From assembly GCA_021790075.1 (NCBI GenBank), contig JAJYIN010000002.1:1-41352 (forward strand): a stretch of 41,352 bases of DNA. Direction: 5' to 3'. Made by a program: the position numbers and the translations under genes. Of this stretch, positions 15,340-24,478 are shown piece by piece. Position 1 is the first letter of the stretch. Each line of letters begins with the position of its first letter. Source of the stretch: Actinomycetes bacterium. Lineage in GTDB: Bacteria; Actinomycetota; Thermoleophilia; BMS3ABIN01. Under the pieces are notes generated by a model, which did no database searches, was not told the origin of the DNA, and saw nothing but the letters and a program-made list of their open reading frames with translations.

Positions 15340-15819
15340 CTATTCGATGAAATACTTCATGCTGATCTTTTTGAACTCACGGCTGCTGAACAGGAGCTCA
15401 TACGCGGCGATGCCGACCTGCTGTGACAGCTCCGCCGCCATCCGGCGGCAATCTTCTTCGGATGCGCCGTGGATCATGGCAAAGAGATTGTAATCCCATT
15501 TGTCCGCCCGGGGGCGCTGGTAGCAGTGGCTGACCTCGTCGGCCGCGGCCAGGATTGCTCCGACTTCTTCGGCCCTCGCGTCCGGCACGTCCCACGCGCT
15601 CATGGCATTGGCTGTATAACCCAGCCGCTGGTGGCGCACCATGGCGCCGAAACGGCGGATGGTGCCGTCCTGCTTCCATTCCTGTACCTTTGCCACCACT
15701 TCCGCAGGTTCCATGCCTGCCTGGGCCGCGATCTCGGCAAACGGCTCGGGCGTGACCGGAATTGTTTCCTGCAGCAGACGGATCAGTTCCTGCTCTTTTT
15801 CGGAGAATATTCTATCCAT
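15340..15819 (-). CDS. Siroheme decarboxylase subunit (AhbA/AhbB, NirD/L/G/H family, Lrp/AsnC-like)
   Basis: The 159-aa product has an N-terminal wHTH (EQELIRLLQE) and a C-terminal NirD-like domain (RRFGAMVRHQRLGY.ANAMSAW). It is paired with a paralogue and overlaps it by 8 nt. Confidence 0.85.
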   Translation of the reverse strand: MDRIFSEKEQELIRLLQETIPVTPEPFAEIAAQAGMEPAEVVAKVQEWKQDGTIRRFGAMVRHQRLGYTANAMSAWDVPDARAEEVGAILAAADEVSHCYQRPRADKWDYNLFAMIHGASEEDCRRMAAELSQQVGIAAYELLFSSREFKKISMKYFIE

Positions 15820-16273
15820 CGATCACCGGCAGGTCGACCTGTATCTTGAACAGCCGCGAGGCAGGCAGGTTGATGACCGGGCCGATGCCGGCGTCGGCTT
15901 CGATCTCCCCGATGATCTCTTCAATCCGCGCCCGGCTGGGAGCGATGAGCGTGAACCAGACGTTGTAATGGTGGTTGCGCTCATAGTTGTGGGTGACATT
16001 ATGGAAGCGGTTGATCGCGGCAATGGCGGCGTCCAGTTTTTCCGGAGGCACGTGCACGGCGCAAAGGGTGCTCGTATAACCCACCTTGCGGGAATCAAAG
16101 GAAGCGCCCAGGCGCCTGATCTCACCGGACTCCATGATCGCGTTGATGCGGTCGATGACCTCCTGCTCCGGAATGCCCAGTTTCTCGCCGACGGCGGCGT
16201 AAGGGCGTTCCTCGATGGGGAAATCCGCCTGGATCAGGGTTATGAGCTTTTTGTCGGTTCCATCCATATGCAT
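15812..16273 (-). CDS. Siroheme decarboxylase subunit (AhbA/AhbB family), second paralogue
   Basis: The 153-aa product carries DKKLITLIQADFPIEERPY and IRRLGASFDSRKVGYTSTLCA motifs. Confidence 0.85.
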   Translation of the reverse strand: MHMDGTDKKLITLIQADFPIEERPYAAVGEKLGIPEQEVIDRINAIMESGEIRRLGASFDSRKVGYTSTLCAVHVPPEKLDAAIAAINRFHNVTHNYERNHHYNVWFTLIAPSRARIEEIIGEIEADAGIGPVINLPASRLFKIQVDLPVIDG

Positions 16274-16276
16274 CGT

Positions 16277-17458
16277 CTAACGAGGGCCGGCGGGAGGCAT
16301 TTTCCTCCTGGCTTTCGGCTCGTAAACACAGAAAGGCTCCTCCCCCAGATAATCCCCGGTCACCTCATAGGCCCGGGCCCGGCAGCCGCCGCAGTAGCGG
16401 CGGTACTCGCAGTAGCCGCAGCGTCCATGGTAACCGTCCAGGTCACGCATCTCCCTGAAAACGGGAGAGTCGCGCCAGACATCACCAAAACTCTGTTCCT
16501 TGAGGCTGCCGCAGTTTACATCCAGGAAACCACAGATCTGGACCACGCCCTGGTATGAGATGAAGCAGAAACCCTGCCCACCCAGGCATCCCTTGCTCAT
16601 GGCGTCCATGCCGTGCGTCTCCACCGTCACCTTCTTGCCTTCGGCGTGGGCGCGCTGGCGGAGGATGCGGTAGTAATGCGGCGCGCAGGTGGGCTTGAAG
16701 TTGAGCGGCACCGTTTCCCGCTGGTCGTAGACCCAGCCCAGCGTCTCCTCGTACTGCTCGGGGGAAAGCTCCTGGTCGGCCAGTTCCTTGCCGCGGCCGG
16801 TCGGCACCAGCAGGAATGGATGGAAGGCGACCGCGCCCAGGTCGATGGCCAGCCGCAGGATGTCCGGCAGCTCGGCCAGGTTGACTTTGGTCACGGTTGT
16901 ATTAATCTGGAACTCGATGCCTGCCTTCCTGGCGGCCTCGATGCCTCTCATCACCTCGTCGAAAGCCCCGGGCACGCGGCGGAAATCGTCATGCGTCTGC
17001 GCCGTGGCGCCATCGACGCTCAAACTGATGCGGTCGATGCCGGATTCCTTGAGGCGGCGGGCATTTTCATCACTCAGGAGGGTGCCACAGGGGGACATCA
17101 CCATTTTCAGTCCCCTGTCGGTGCCGTAACGGGCTATCTCGTAGATGTTTTCCCTCAGCATGGGATCGCCGCCGGTGAGGATGACGATAGGCTTCCCGAC
17201 CGCGGCGATCTCGTCGATCACCTGGAAGCATTTCTCGGTCGAAAGTTCACCGGGGTACGGGCCCTTGTCGGCAGCGGCGCGGCAATGGCGGCAGGAAAGA
17301 TTGCAGCTGCGCGTCACCTCCCAGGCAACCAGCCGCGGCGCGGGCGGACCGCCGGGCTTGCCGCCCGGATGCCCGTGAGGCTGGCCGCCTGCACGCCCGT
17401 GTGGATGGCCGCCGGGATGACCCTGATGTTTGCCGGCGAGCCTAGCCAATCTCCTCAT
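16277..17458 (-). CDS. ahbD: Radical SAM/SPASM haem-pathway enzyme, NirJ2/AhbD-like (haem synthase). Start uncertain, possibly up to 17530
   Basis: It has the CNLSCRHC radical-SAM cluster motif and a C-terminal Cys-rich auxiliary-cluster region (CGYCEYRRYCGGCRARA). It is adjacent to AhbA/B and AhbC. The AhbC versus AhbD assignment is tentative. Confidence 0.7.
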   Translation of the reverse strand: MRRLARLAGKHQGHPGGHPHGRAGGQPHGHPGGKPGGPPAPRLVAWEVTRSCNLSCRHCRAAADKGPYPGELSTEKCFQVIDEIAAVGKPIVILTGGDPMLRENIYEIARYGTDRGLKMVMSPCGTLLSDENARRLKESGIDRISLSVDGATAQTHDDFRRVPGAFDEVMRGIEAARKAGIEFQINTTVTKVNLAELPDILRLAIDLGAVAFHPFLLVPTGRGKELADQELSPEQYEETLGWVYDQRETVPLNFKPTCAPHYYRILRQRAHAEGKKVTVETHGMDAMSKGCLGGQGFCFISYQGVVQICGFLDVNCGSLKEQSFGDVWRDSPVFREMRDLDGYHGRCGYCEYRRYCGGCRARAYEVTGDYLGEEPFCVYEPKARRKMPPAGPR

Positions 17459-18641
17459 CCGTGAGATAGCAGGCCGGGTCGGGGGCCCAGGGATCGCCAT
17501 AAACCAGGTCGGCGCGCACGCGCAGGGCACCGCCGCAGGCGTCGAACCATTTGCAGGAGCGGCAGCGGCCGTGGATATGGCCGCGCCGGTCCTTGAGCCC
17601 CGCCATCAGCGGGTCGGAAGTGTCCATCCAGATCTCGCTGAAGGGGCGCTCGCGCACGTTGCCGAAGCTGTAGTGCATCCAGAACTGGTCCGGGTGCACG
17701 TTTCCCTTGAAGTCGATGTCACCGAAGCCGACGCCCGAGCTGTAGAGGCCGCCGCCATTCCATTTCAGCAGCCGCATGACCGCCTCGGCCCGCTCCGGGG
17801 CCTCTTCCAGTAACTTCATGTAAAGGTAGATGCCGTCGACGTGGTTGTCCACGGTGAGGATATCCTTTTCCAGGCCGCGGTCATGCATGTCCCGGGTGCG
17901 GGTCAGGATGATGTCGAGGGCATCCCGGGTTTCAGCGTGGGTGAGGTCGTCGCTCTCCTTGCCCCGGCCCGAATAAACGAGGTGATAAAAGCAGGCGCGG
18001 TCGATCTCCTCCGCCTCGATGAAGTCGAAGATGCGGTGCAGGTCGGTGTAATTGTGGCGGGTCAGGGTCAGCCTGAGGCCCACCCGCTGCCCCACCGCCT
18101 TGCAGTTGCGGAAGCCGGCCATCGCCTTCTCAAAGGCTCCCTTGTGGCCCCGGAAAGCATCGTTGATGTCGCCGATGCCGTCCAGGCTGATGCCCACGTA
18201 GGTGAAGCCGAGGTCCTTGATCCGCTGGGCCACGTCGCGGGTGATCAGGGTGCCGTTGGTAGAGAGCGTCGGCCGGATGCCCAGCGAGACGGCGTGCCCG
18301 GCCAGTTCGAAGAGGTCCTTGCGCATCAGCGGCTCGCCGCCGGAGAAGAGCAGCGCCGGGATCTGAAACCGGGCCAGGTCCTCGATGAGCGTCTTGCCCT
18401 CCTCGGTGCTGAGTTCGCCCTCGTATTTCCTGGCCTCGGAATCGGTATAGCAGTGCACGCATTTCAGGTTACAGGTGCGGCTGGTGTTCCAGGCCACCAC
18501 CGGGCGCCGCTCCGAGGCCGACTTGGGGTTGCGGGGAATGTAGGGCGCCCCCTGCATCTCCTTGCCCTTGTGGCCGTGACCATACCGCAACGAGTCGGCG
18601 GGAGTGTCCCGGTCGCAGTAGAGTCGGGTGATATCGATCAT
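17442..18641 (-). CDS. ahbC: Radical SAM/SPASM haem-pathway enzyme, NirJ1/AhbC-like (Fe-coproporphyrin III synthase)
   Basis: It begins MIDITRLYCDRDTPADSLRYGHG, carries a CNLKCVHC cluster motif, and has a C-terminal CRSCKWFDACGG motif. Confidence 0.7.
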   Translation of the reverse strand: MIDITRLYCDRDTPADSLRYGHGHKGKEMQGAPYIPRNPKSASERRPVVAWNTSRTCNLKCVHCYTDSEARKYEGELSTEEGKTLIEDLARFQIPALLFSGGEPLMRKDLFELAGHAVSLGIRPTLSTNGTLITRDVAQRIKDLGFTYVGISLDGIGDINDAFRGHKGAFEKAMAGFRNCKAVGQRVGLRLTLTRHNYTDLHRIFDFIEAEEIDRACFYHLVYSGRGKESDDLTHAETRDALDIILTRTRDMHDRGLEKDILTVDNHVDGIYLYMKLLEEAPERAEAVMRLLKWNGGGLYSSGVGFGDIDFKGNVHPDQFWMHYSFGNVRERPFSEIWMDTSDPLMAGLKDRRGHIHGRCRSCKWFDACGGALRVRADLVYGDPWAPDPACYLTDEEIG

Positions 18642-18674
18642 GCTGTAACTCTTTCCTAGTTTTTTCCGGCTCCC

Positions 18675-20222
18675 TCAGGCGCCGGCGTCGCCGGTCAGCG
18701 CCTTGACCAGCCCCGGGATTGTGTACTCATCCGCCACGATGTCAACCTTCAGGCCCAGCTCCCGGGCCGTATCGGCGGTGACGGGGCCGATGCATGCAAT
18801 CGTCACACTCGCGGGCAAAAGAGAGAAGTCGAAACCGTCGAGGAGCGCTACGAAGTTTTTGACTGTGGATGAGCTTGTAAAAGTAATGATATCAATTTCA
18901 CCGGCGCTGAGCATATGTTTCATGTCACTTGCGCCCGCGTCATCGAGCATGGTTTCGTAGGCGGTGACAACCTCCACCCGGGCGCCGGCCCCTGCCAGTT
19001 TCTCGGGCAACACTTCGCGGGCCTCCCTGGCCCTGGGGATCAGCACGCGGCTGCCTTTCACGCCCAGATCGAGCAGCCCCTCGACCACCGATTCAGCCCG
19101 GTACTCGGGCGGCACGAAATCAGGTTTGAGCCCCCGGGCCTCGAGAGCCGCCGCCGTCGCCGGGCCGATCGCCCCCAGCCTGACGCCCTTGAGGGCGCGC
19201 ACGTCACCAATCCTCTCCAGGCGGGCGAAGAAGTGGTCTACGCCGTTGACGCTGGTAAAGACGATCCACTCGTAAGCAGGTTCAGCGACGGCAACGACCT
19301 TTTCCACGGCCGCGTCCAACGCCGCGTAGCCGTCAGCGGGGGGCGCCACCCGGATGGTGGGAAACTCCACCGGCACGGCTCCCGCCTGCCTCAGCGCCTC
19401 CACCAGATCGCTGGCCTGCGCCCGCGAGCGGGTGACCACTACCTTCCTGCCGAACAGGGGCCTGTCCTCGAACCAGTGCAGCTGCTCCCGCAGGGATACA
19501 ACCTCGCCGACGATGGTGATGGCGGGCGCCTTGAACCGGCGCTCTTTGACCAGCTCGACGATGTTCGACAGGGTGCCGGTAAGGGTTTCCTGCCGCTCCG
19601 TGGTCCCCCACCGGATCAGAGCTACCGGCGTTTCCGGGGAACGGCCGTTGGCCACCAGGTTCTCGACGATATAGGGAAGATTCCTGACGCCCATCAGGAA
19701 GACCAGGGTGCCGACACCGGTGGAGATCCGGTCCCACTTGATGGTGGACTCGGCCTTGGCAGGATCCTCATGGCCGGTGATGAAGGCCACGTCCGTGGTG
19801 AGGCCGCGGTGGGTCACCGGAATACCCGCGTAGGCAGGCACCGCGTATGCCGAGGAAATACCAGGCACCACCTCGAAATCAACGCCTGCCTCCCTCAGCG
19901 CCAGGGCTTCCTCACCACCACGGCCGAAGATGAAGGAATCGCCGCCCTTGAGCCGCGTTACCACCTTCCCGGCCGACCCCAGCTCCGCCAGCAGCCGGTT
20001 GATGTCCTCCTGCTGCATGGTATGGTTGCCGCCCTTCTTCCCCACATAGATGAGCTCCACGTCCGGGCGGGCATGCGCCAGCAGCTCCTTGCTGGCAAGG
20101 TAGTCATAAACGATGGTGTCGGCTTCGCGGACGCACCGGACCCCCTTGAGGGTGAACAGGCCCGGGTCGCCAGGGCCGGCGCCAACCAGGTAAACCTTTC
20201 CCTTTAAATCGCCTGCTGTCAT
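18675..20222 (-). CDS. Fused uroporphyrinogen-III C-methyltransferase / uroporphyrinogen-III synthase (CobA-HemD)
   Basis: The N-terminal half carries VYLVGAGPGDPGLFTLKG and the SUMT core. The C-terminal half of about 250 aa is HemD-like (VVVTRSRAQASDL...FTSSSTVKNF). Confidence 0.9.
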   Translation of the reverse strand: MTAGDLKGKVYLVGAGPGDPGLFTLKGVRCVREADTIVYDYLASKELLAHARPDVELIYVGKKGGNHTMQQEDINRLLAELGSAGKVVTRLKGGDSFIFGRGGEEALALREAGVDFEVVPGISSAYAVPAYAGIPVTHRGLTTDVAFITGHEDPAKAESTIKWDRISTGVGTLVFLMGVRNLPYIVENLVANGRSPETPVALIRWGTTERQETLTGTLSNIVELVKERRFKAPAITIVGEVVSLREQLHWFEDRPLFGRKVVVTRSRAQASDLVEALRQAGAVPVEFPTIRVAPPADGYAALDAAVEKVVAVAEPAYEWIVFTSVNGVDHFFARLERIGDVRALKGVRLGAIGPATAAALEARGLKPDFVPPEYRAESVVEGLLDLGVKGSRVLIPRAREAREVLPEKLAGAGARVEVVTAYETMLDDAGASDMKHMLSAGEIDIITFTSSSTVKNFVALLDGFDFSLLPASVTIACIGPVTADTARELGLKVDIVADEYTIPGLVKALTGDAGA

Positions 20223-20276
20223 TTCCTGCCTTCATAATCCGTCCGCCGGGGGGACGCCGCCAGCGCGCCGTTCCTG

Positions 20277-20282
20277 ATTATA
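20277..20282 (-). promoter_or_regulatory. Perfect TATAAT -10 hexamer upstream of cobA-hemD (candidate ahb operon promoter)
   Basis: On the minus strand, CGCGTATAATCAGG lies 55-60 nt upstream of the ATG at 20222. Only a weak -35 (TTGCGC at 19-nt spacing) is present. Confidence 0.4.
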
Positions 20283-20323
20283 CGCGACGGCACTTGGCCC
20301 GGCGCAATATTTAGAATCTATCC

Positions 20324-20977
20324 TTAACCTGATTTCCCGGGGCAGAGCGCCAGGATCTCTTCAGGCCGCTCGAAGAAGAAATCCGGCTCCAGCTCCCGCA
20401 GGCGCACCGGAGGAAAGATGCCCCAGCCAACACCGGCGGTGCTGACCCCGGCCGCCTGGCCTGCCTCGATGTCAAAGGGGCTGTCGCCGATATAGATCGA
20501 TTCGTCGGGCGCCACGTCCAGCCTCCTCAGGGCCAGCAGGATCGGGTGCGGATTGGGCTTGTGGTAGTCGGTGTCGTCGGTGGAAATGACCTCATCGAAA
20601 TAATGCTCGATCGGAATCGTGCGAAAGGCCATGTTCACCGTGTCCCGGCTCTTGGAGGTGACGATCGCCAGTTTCGCCCCGCGCGCCCTCAGGGCCTCGA
20701 GCAGTCCGGTGACCCCTGCGTACGGGCGGATGAATTCATCATGCCGGGCATGGTTGAACTCACGGTAGACCTTGAACAGCTCCTCGGCCCTGGCGGCGTC
20801 CAGCAGCTTCATCTGCGTCATCAGCGGCTGGCCGACATTGGCCATCAGCACCTCGTCGGGCAGCTCCCGTCCCAGGACCTCGCGCCCGGCGTAGCGAAAC
20901 GACTGGCGGATGAGATTGGTGGTATCCACCAGCGTCCCGTCCAGGTCGAAAAGAAAGGCTGCGTAACAGTTCCTCAA
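20324..20977 (-). CDS. HAD-superfamily hydrolase (PGP/PpaX-like phosphatase)
   Basis: It has the DxDGT motif FLFDLDGTLVDT, followed by VTSKSR and GDSPFDIEAG motifs. Confidence 0.85.
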   Translation of the reverse strand: MRNCYAAFLFDLDGTLVDTTNLIRQSFRYAGREVLGRELPDEVLMANVGQPLMTQMKLLDAARAEELFKVYREFNHARHDEFIRPYAGVTGLLEALRARGAKLAIVTSKSRDTVNMAFRTIPIEHYFDEVISTDDTDYHKPNPHPILLALRRLDVAPDESIYIGDSPFDIEAGQAAGVSTAGVGWGIFPPVRLRELEPDFFFERPEEILALCPGKSG

Positions 20978-21807
20978 TGCGCATCCCGTTCCTGCGGCAG
21001 CAGATGTTCCACGTTCCAGCTGCGGATGATCTCCATGCCGGCCAGGTTGGTCAGCGCGAAATGGATCGGGGTGACCGAGATCCTGCGTTCGCTGAGGGCG
21101 TGAAAATCGGTTCCGGGCTCTTCATGGTACGAAGGGTCGTCCCCATAGATGTGATAGCGTTTGCGCCCGGCGGGGCCGTCGCCATCGGTCTCTTCGACCA
21201 GCTCGTCCCGGTAGATGCGCTTTCCCAGCCGGGTCACCTCGGCCCCCCTGATCCGGCCGGCCGGCAGGTTGGGCGAATTGACGTTGAGCAGGATGGTCCC
21301 GGGAAGATGGTTCTCGAGTATCTTCTCCACCATCCGCGCCGTGAAAGCCGCCACGCTGTCAAAATGGAAGATCCCTTCGGCGCCGGTCGCTTTCCAGCCC
21401 CCGGGGCGCTCGATGGAGACCGCGATGGCCGGCAGCCCCAGCATGACGCCCTCGAAGGCGGCCGCTACGGTGCCGGAATAGGTGATGTCATCGCCCAGGT
21501 TGGGCCCCAGGTTGATTCCGGAAACGACGATGTCAGGCTCCCAGTCAAGGAACCCGAGGGAGGCCAGGCGCACGCAATCCACCGGCGTGCCATCCACCGA
21601 GAAACCGGTGCTGCCGTCGGGGAAGTAAATCTCATCGACATTCAGGGATTCCCCGATGGTGATGCCGCGCCCGATGGCGCTGCGGTTTTGATCCGGCGCG
21701 ATGACCGCCACGCGGCCGCAGGTATCCAGCGCCCGCTTGACCGCGAACAGGCCGGGAGAGTCGATGCCGTCGTCATTGGTGACAAGTATGTTCAAGGGGT
21801 GCGCCAC
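20974..21807 (-). CDS. surE: 5'/3'-nucleotidase SurE
   Basis: ILVTNDDGIDSPG and SGINLGPNLGDDITYSGTVAAA motifs are present. Confidence 0.9.
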   Translation of the reverse strand: MAHPLNILVTNDDGIDSPGLFAVKRALDTCGRVAVIAPDQNRSAIGRGITIGESLNVDEIYFPDGSTGFSVDGTPVDCVRLASLGFLDWEPDIVVSGINLGPNLGDDITYSGTVAAAFEGVMLGLPAIAVSIERPGGWKATGAEGIFHFDSVAAFTARMVEKILENHLPGTILLNVNSPNLPAGRIRGAEVTRLGKRIYRDELVEETDGDGPAGRKRYHIYGDDPSYHEEPGTDFHALSERRISVTPIHFALTNLAGMEIIRSWNVEHLLPQERDAH

Positions 21808-21885
21808 TCCTTGGAATTATTGCTTGGGAAAGCCGCGGGTGGGGATCCGCCGCCTGTTTGAAGCCAGGACCGGGACGCCGGACAG

Positions 21886-22152
21886 TTATTTTTCGGATTT
21901 GCCCGCGGCCGTTTTTTTCTGCTTTTCTTTTTTCTTCTTTGGCTTTTCTTCCGATTTACTCTTTGCGGATCCCTTTTTGCCGTAATCGGTGCTGTAAAAA
22001 CCGCTTCCCTTGAAATGAATGGCCACGGGATGAAACAGCCGCGTGACCCGGGCGCCACACTTTTCACATTTTTTTACCGCGTGGTCAGAAATGCTTTGAA
22101 GCTTTTCGAACTGGTGCCCGCACTTCAGGCACCGGTATTCGTATATAGGCAA
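21886..22152 (-). CDS. FmdB-family zinc-ribbon protein with a Lys-rich tail
   Basis: It has the canonical N-terminus MPIYEYRCLKCGHQFE...CEKCG, a TTG start, and AGGAGG upstream. Confidence 0.85.
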   Translation of the reverse strand: MPIYEYRCLKCGHQFEKLQSISDHAVKKCEKCGARVTRLFHPVAIHFKGSGFYSTDYGKKGSAKSKSEEKPKKKKEKQKKTAAGKSEK

Positions 22153-22238
22153 CTAGCGTCAATCCTCCTTTCGCATGATGTCTTTGTTGAAATCTTCGGG
22201 GGAAGTCCCCGTAACATGTCTTTTCAAACCAGATTGAC

Positions 22239-22244
22239 ATTATA
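22239..22244 (-). promoter_or_regulatory. Perfect TATAAT on the minus strand (candidate fmdB promoter), overlapping a perfect TTGACA on the plus strand (22234-22239)
   Basis: The plus-strand sequence is AGATTGACATTATACACC. Neither hexamer has a good partner at 16-18 nt, so this is weak evidence. Confidence 0.3.
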
Positions 22245-22485
22245 CACCAATCACGCCTCCGGCGGCTTGTCCTGCCCATCGCCGGTGTGTGAAGCGCCCG
22301 CAAACCGGGTATTCTCAAACGGGTTGCAGGAAGTCCAGGCAGATGAGTCGAATGGAGACCGGGTTGGTATTTTGTCGCGACTATTGGTTATCGAGTAGCA
22401 AAAGCAACCGCTTTTTAGTATTATTCACGCCGGATTTGAACGATGCCAATAGTCTTGAATTCCGGCTTGAGGTTTCAGCCTGTAA

Positions 22486-23673
22486 ATGAAAGTCGCACTC
22501 GTATCTGAGTATTATTATCCTCTCCTCGGAGGAATAACCGAGCATGTTCACAACCTTGCCGTCTTCCTTGGCAGGCGGGGACATGATGTCACCGTCGTCA
22601 CCCATAATCTGAAGCCGCGCAAGCACCATCATTATCCCAGCGAGCTGGTGGACTTCCCGATAGTGCGCTTCGGCAAGGGGATGCCGATTTATTCGAACGG
22701 TTCCATTGCCCACATCACCGTGGGCAAGGGACTCTCCGGCAGCATGCGGCGCTTTTTCCAGCAGGAGCGGTTTGACGTGATCCATGCCCATTCCCCGCTC
22801 ACGCCGACGCTCCCCGTCCTGGCCCTGCGCGCCTCGAACGCCCCTGTCACCGTGGGCACGTTCCACACGTATTTCGACCGCAGCCGCAGTTACAGCCTGG
22901 TGCAGAAAAAAGCGGCTGCGCACATGAACATGATGGACGGCAAGATCGTCGTCTCGCAGGCATGCGTGGATGCTCTCTCGCGCTATTTCGAAACCGATTA
23001 CCGCGTCATCCCCAACGGGGTGGACCCCGGGTATTTCTCGCCCGACGCCCCTGTGCTTCCCGAGTTCGACGACGGTAAGCTGAATATACTGTTTGTGGGA
23101 CGGTTCGATCCCCGCAACGGCCTGCGCACGATGATCGATGCCTTCAAGATTGTGAAAAGGCAGTTCGGGAACTGCCGCCTGATCGTCGTGGGAGACGGCC
23201 CCCTGCGCCCGTATTACCGCTCCATGGTGGGGAAAAAGCTGGCTGCGGACGTTCACTTCGCCGGTCTGATCAACGGCGGGCGCCCCAATTACTACGCCTC
23301 CGCCGACGTCTACTGCACGCCGTGCACCAAGGCCTCGTTCGGCGTCGTCCTCCTGGAAGCCATGTCGTCTGCGACCCCCATCGTGGCATCCGACATCAAC
23401 GGCTACCGGCTGGTAATGGATGATGACCGGGAGGGCATCCTCGTTCCCGAACAGGACCCGGCCGCTTTCGCGGAAGCCCTGCTGCGCCTGCTGAAAGACC
23501 CGGAGCTCCGGCAGCGCATGGGCCGGGCGGGCCGCGAAAAAGTCCTGAGCACCTTTTCCTGGGAGCTGGTGGCCGCGCGCATCGAGCAGCTCTATCTGGA
23601 GCTGCTGGGCGAGAACGCCTCCGCCGGCATGCCGGACCCAGATCCGGAAAAGGTCATCGTTCTGAATGACTAA
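22486..23673 (+). CDS. GT4-family (GT-B fold) glycosyltransferase
   Basis: It begins MKVALVSEYYYPLLGGITEHV and has the C-terminal EX7E-region motif FGVVLLEAMSSATPIVASDINGY. Confidence 0.88.
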   Translation: MKVALVSEYYYPLLGGITEHVHNLAVFLGRRGHDVTVVTHNLKPRKHHHYPSELVDFPIVRFGKGMPIYSNGSIAHITVGKGLSGSMRRFFQQERFDVIHAHSPLTPTLPVLALRASNAPVTVGTFHTYFDRSRSYSLVQKKAAAHMNMMDGKIVVSQACVDALSRYFETDYRVIPNGVDPGYFSPDAPVLPEFDDGKLNILFVGRFDPRNGLRTMIDAFKIVKRQFGNCRLIVVGDGPLRPYYRSMVGKKLAADVHFAGLINGGRPNYYASADVYCTPCTKASFGVVLLEAMSSATPIVASDINGYRLVMDDDREGILVPEQDPAAFAEALLRLLKDPELRQRMGRAGREKVLSTFSWELVAARIEQLYLELLGENASAGMPDPDPEKVIVLND

Positions 23674-24478
23674 GAAGCAGGCCCTGCGGCGGCTGGCTTC
23701 CCTGACGGGTGGTCTTTTCGCCACGCAGGCCGCCGCCGCCGCCCACTGCCGGCGCCACGGCCGGCCTTGCCTCGGTAAGTTGATCATGTCAACCGGCGTC
23801 GCTGCCGACACCCTCCTCCTTTACGCCGTTCTGGTTCCAAACTTCCCTCTGCTGGGCAAGGTTTACCACCATGGGAACCGGAATGGAAACAAAGTGGCGC
23901 TCACCTTTGACGACGGCCCCCGGCCGCCCTACACCGGTCAGGTGCTGGACGCGCTGGGCGCCGCCGGCGTGCGCGCCACGTTTTTTGTCCTGGGTGAGAA
24001 CGCGCGCCGGTATCCGGAAGCCGTGCGGCGGATCGAGGCTGAAGGCCACCGGGTGGCAAATCACGGCATGGACCATGATATTCTCATGTTTGCCAGCGGA
24101 GCAGCGGCCCTGTCGCAGGTCATGGGCGCCGAGGCGGCGCTTCGGCAGGCAGGCGTACGCGATCCGGCGCTGCTGTTCCGGGCCCCGCATGGATGGCTGA
24201 GCCTTCCCGCTCACCGGGCAATCACCCGCCGAGGGTACCGGGTGGTGGGTTGGACCAAGGGCGTCTGGGACACGGCCAACCCGGGGGCGGACAGGATCGT
24301 GTCCCGGACCAGCGAGGTGCTGGCGCCGGGGAGCATCCTGCTGCTTCACGACGGCTGGGGAGGCATCTCCGCCGAAGACCGCTCCCAGACAGCGGCGGCA
24401 CTCCCGGCTATCATTGGGGAGGCCCGTTCCCGGGGGCTTGAATTTATCACCGTTGAAGAGATGATGCGGGAGGCCTGA
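23666..24478 (+). CDS. Polysaccharide deacetylase (CE4/NodB family) with an N-terminal membrane anchor
   Basis: NodB motifs VALTFDDGP, ANHGMDH and LLHD are present. The ATG overlaps the GT4 stop by 8 nt. An alternative start lies at about 23786. Confidence 0.85.
   Translation: MTKKQALRRLASLTGGLFATQAAAAAHCRRHGRPCLGKLIMSTGVAADTLLLYAVLVPNFPLLGKVYHHGNRNGNKVALTFDDGPRPPYTGQVLDALGAAGVRATFFVLGENARRYPEAVRRIEAEGHRVANHGMDHDILMFASGAAALSQVMGAEAALRQAGVRDPALLFRAPHGWLSLPAHRAITRRGYRVVGWTKGVWDTANPGADRIVSRTSEVLAPGSILLLHDGWGGISAEDRSQTAAALPAIIGEARSRGLEFITVEEMMREA

Noticed and set aside
16277-18641. The two radical SAM/SPASM enzymes as possible maturases of the 41-aa peptide at 3336-3461.
   Set aside because: They sit inside an unambiguous AhbA/B plus cobA-hemD context, 13 kb away on the other strand. 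Their N-terminal and cluster motifs fit NirJ1/NirJ2-type haem enzymes.
22153-22485. The 333-nt divergent intergenic region between fmdB and the GT4 gene as a possible ncRNA locus.
   Set aside because: Apart from isolated perfect TTGACA and TATAAT hexamers, I saw no convincing stem-loops, terminator or known RNA motif. I treat it as a divergent promoter region.
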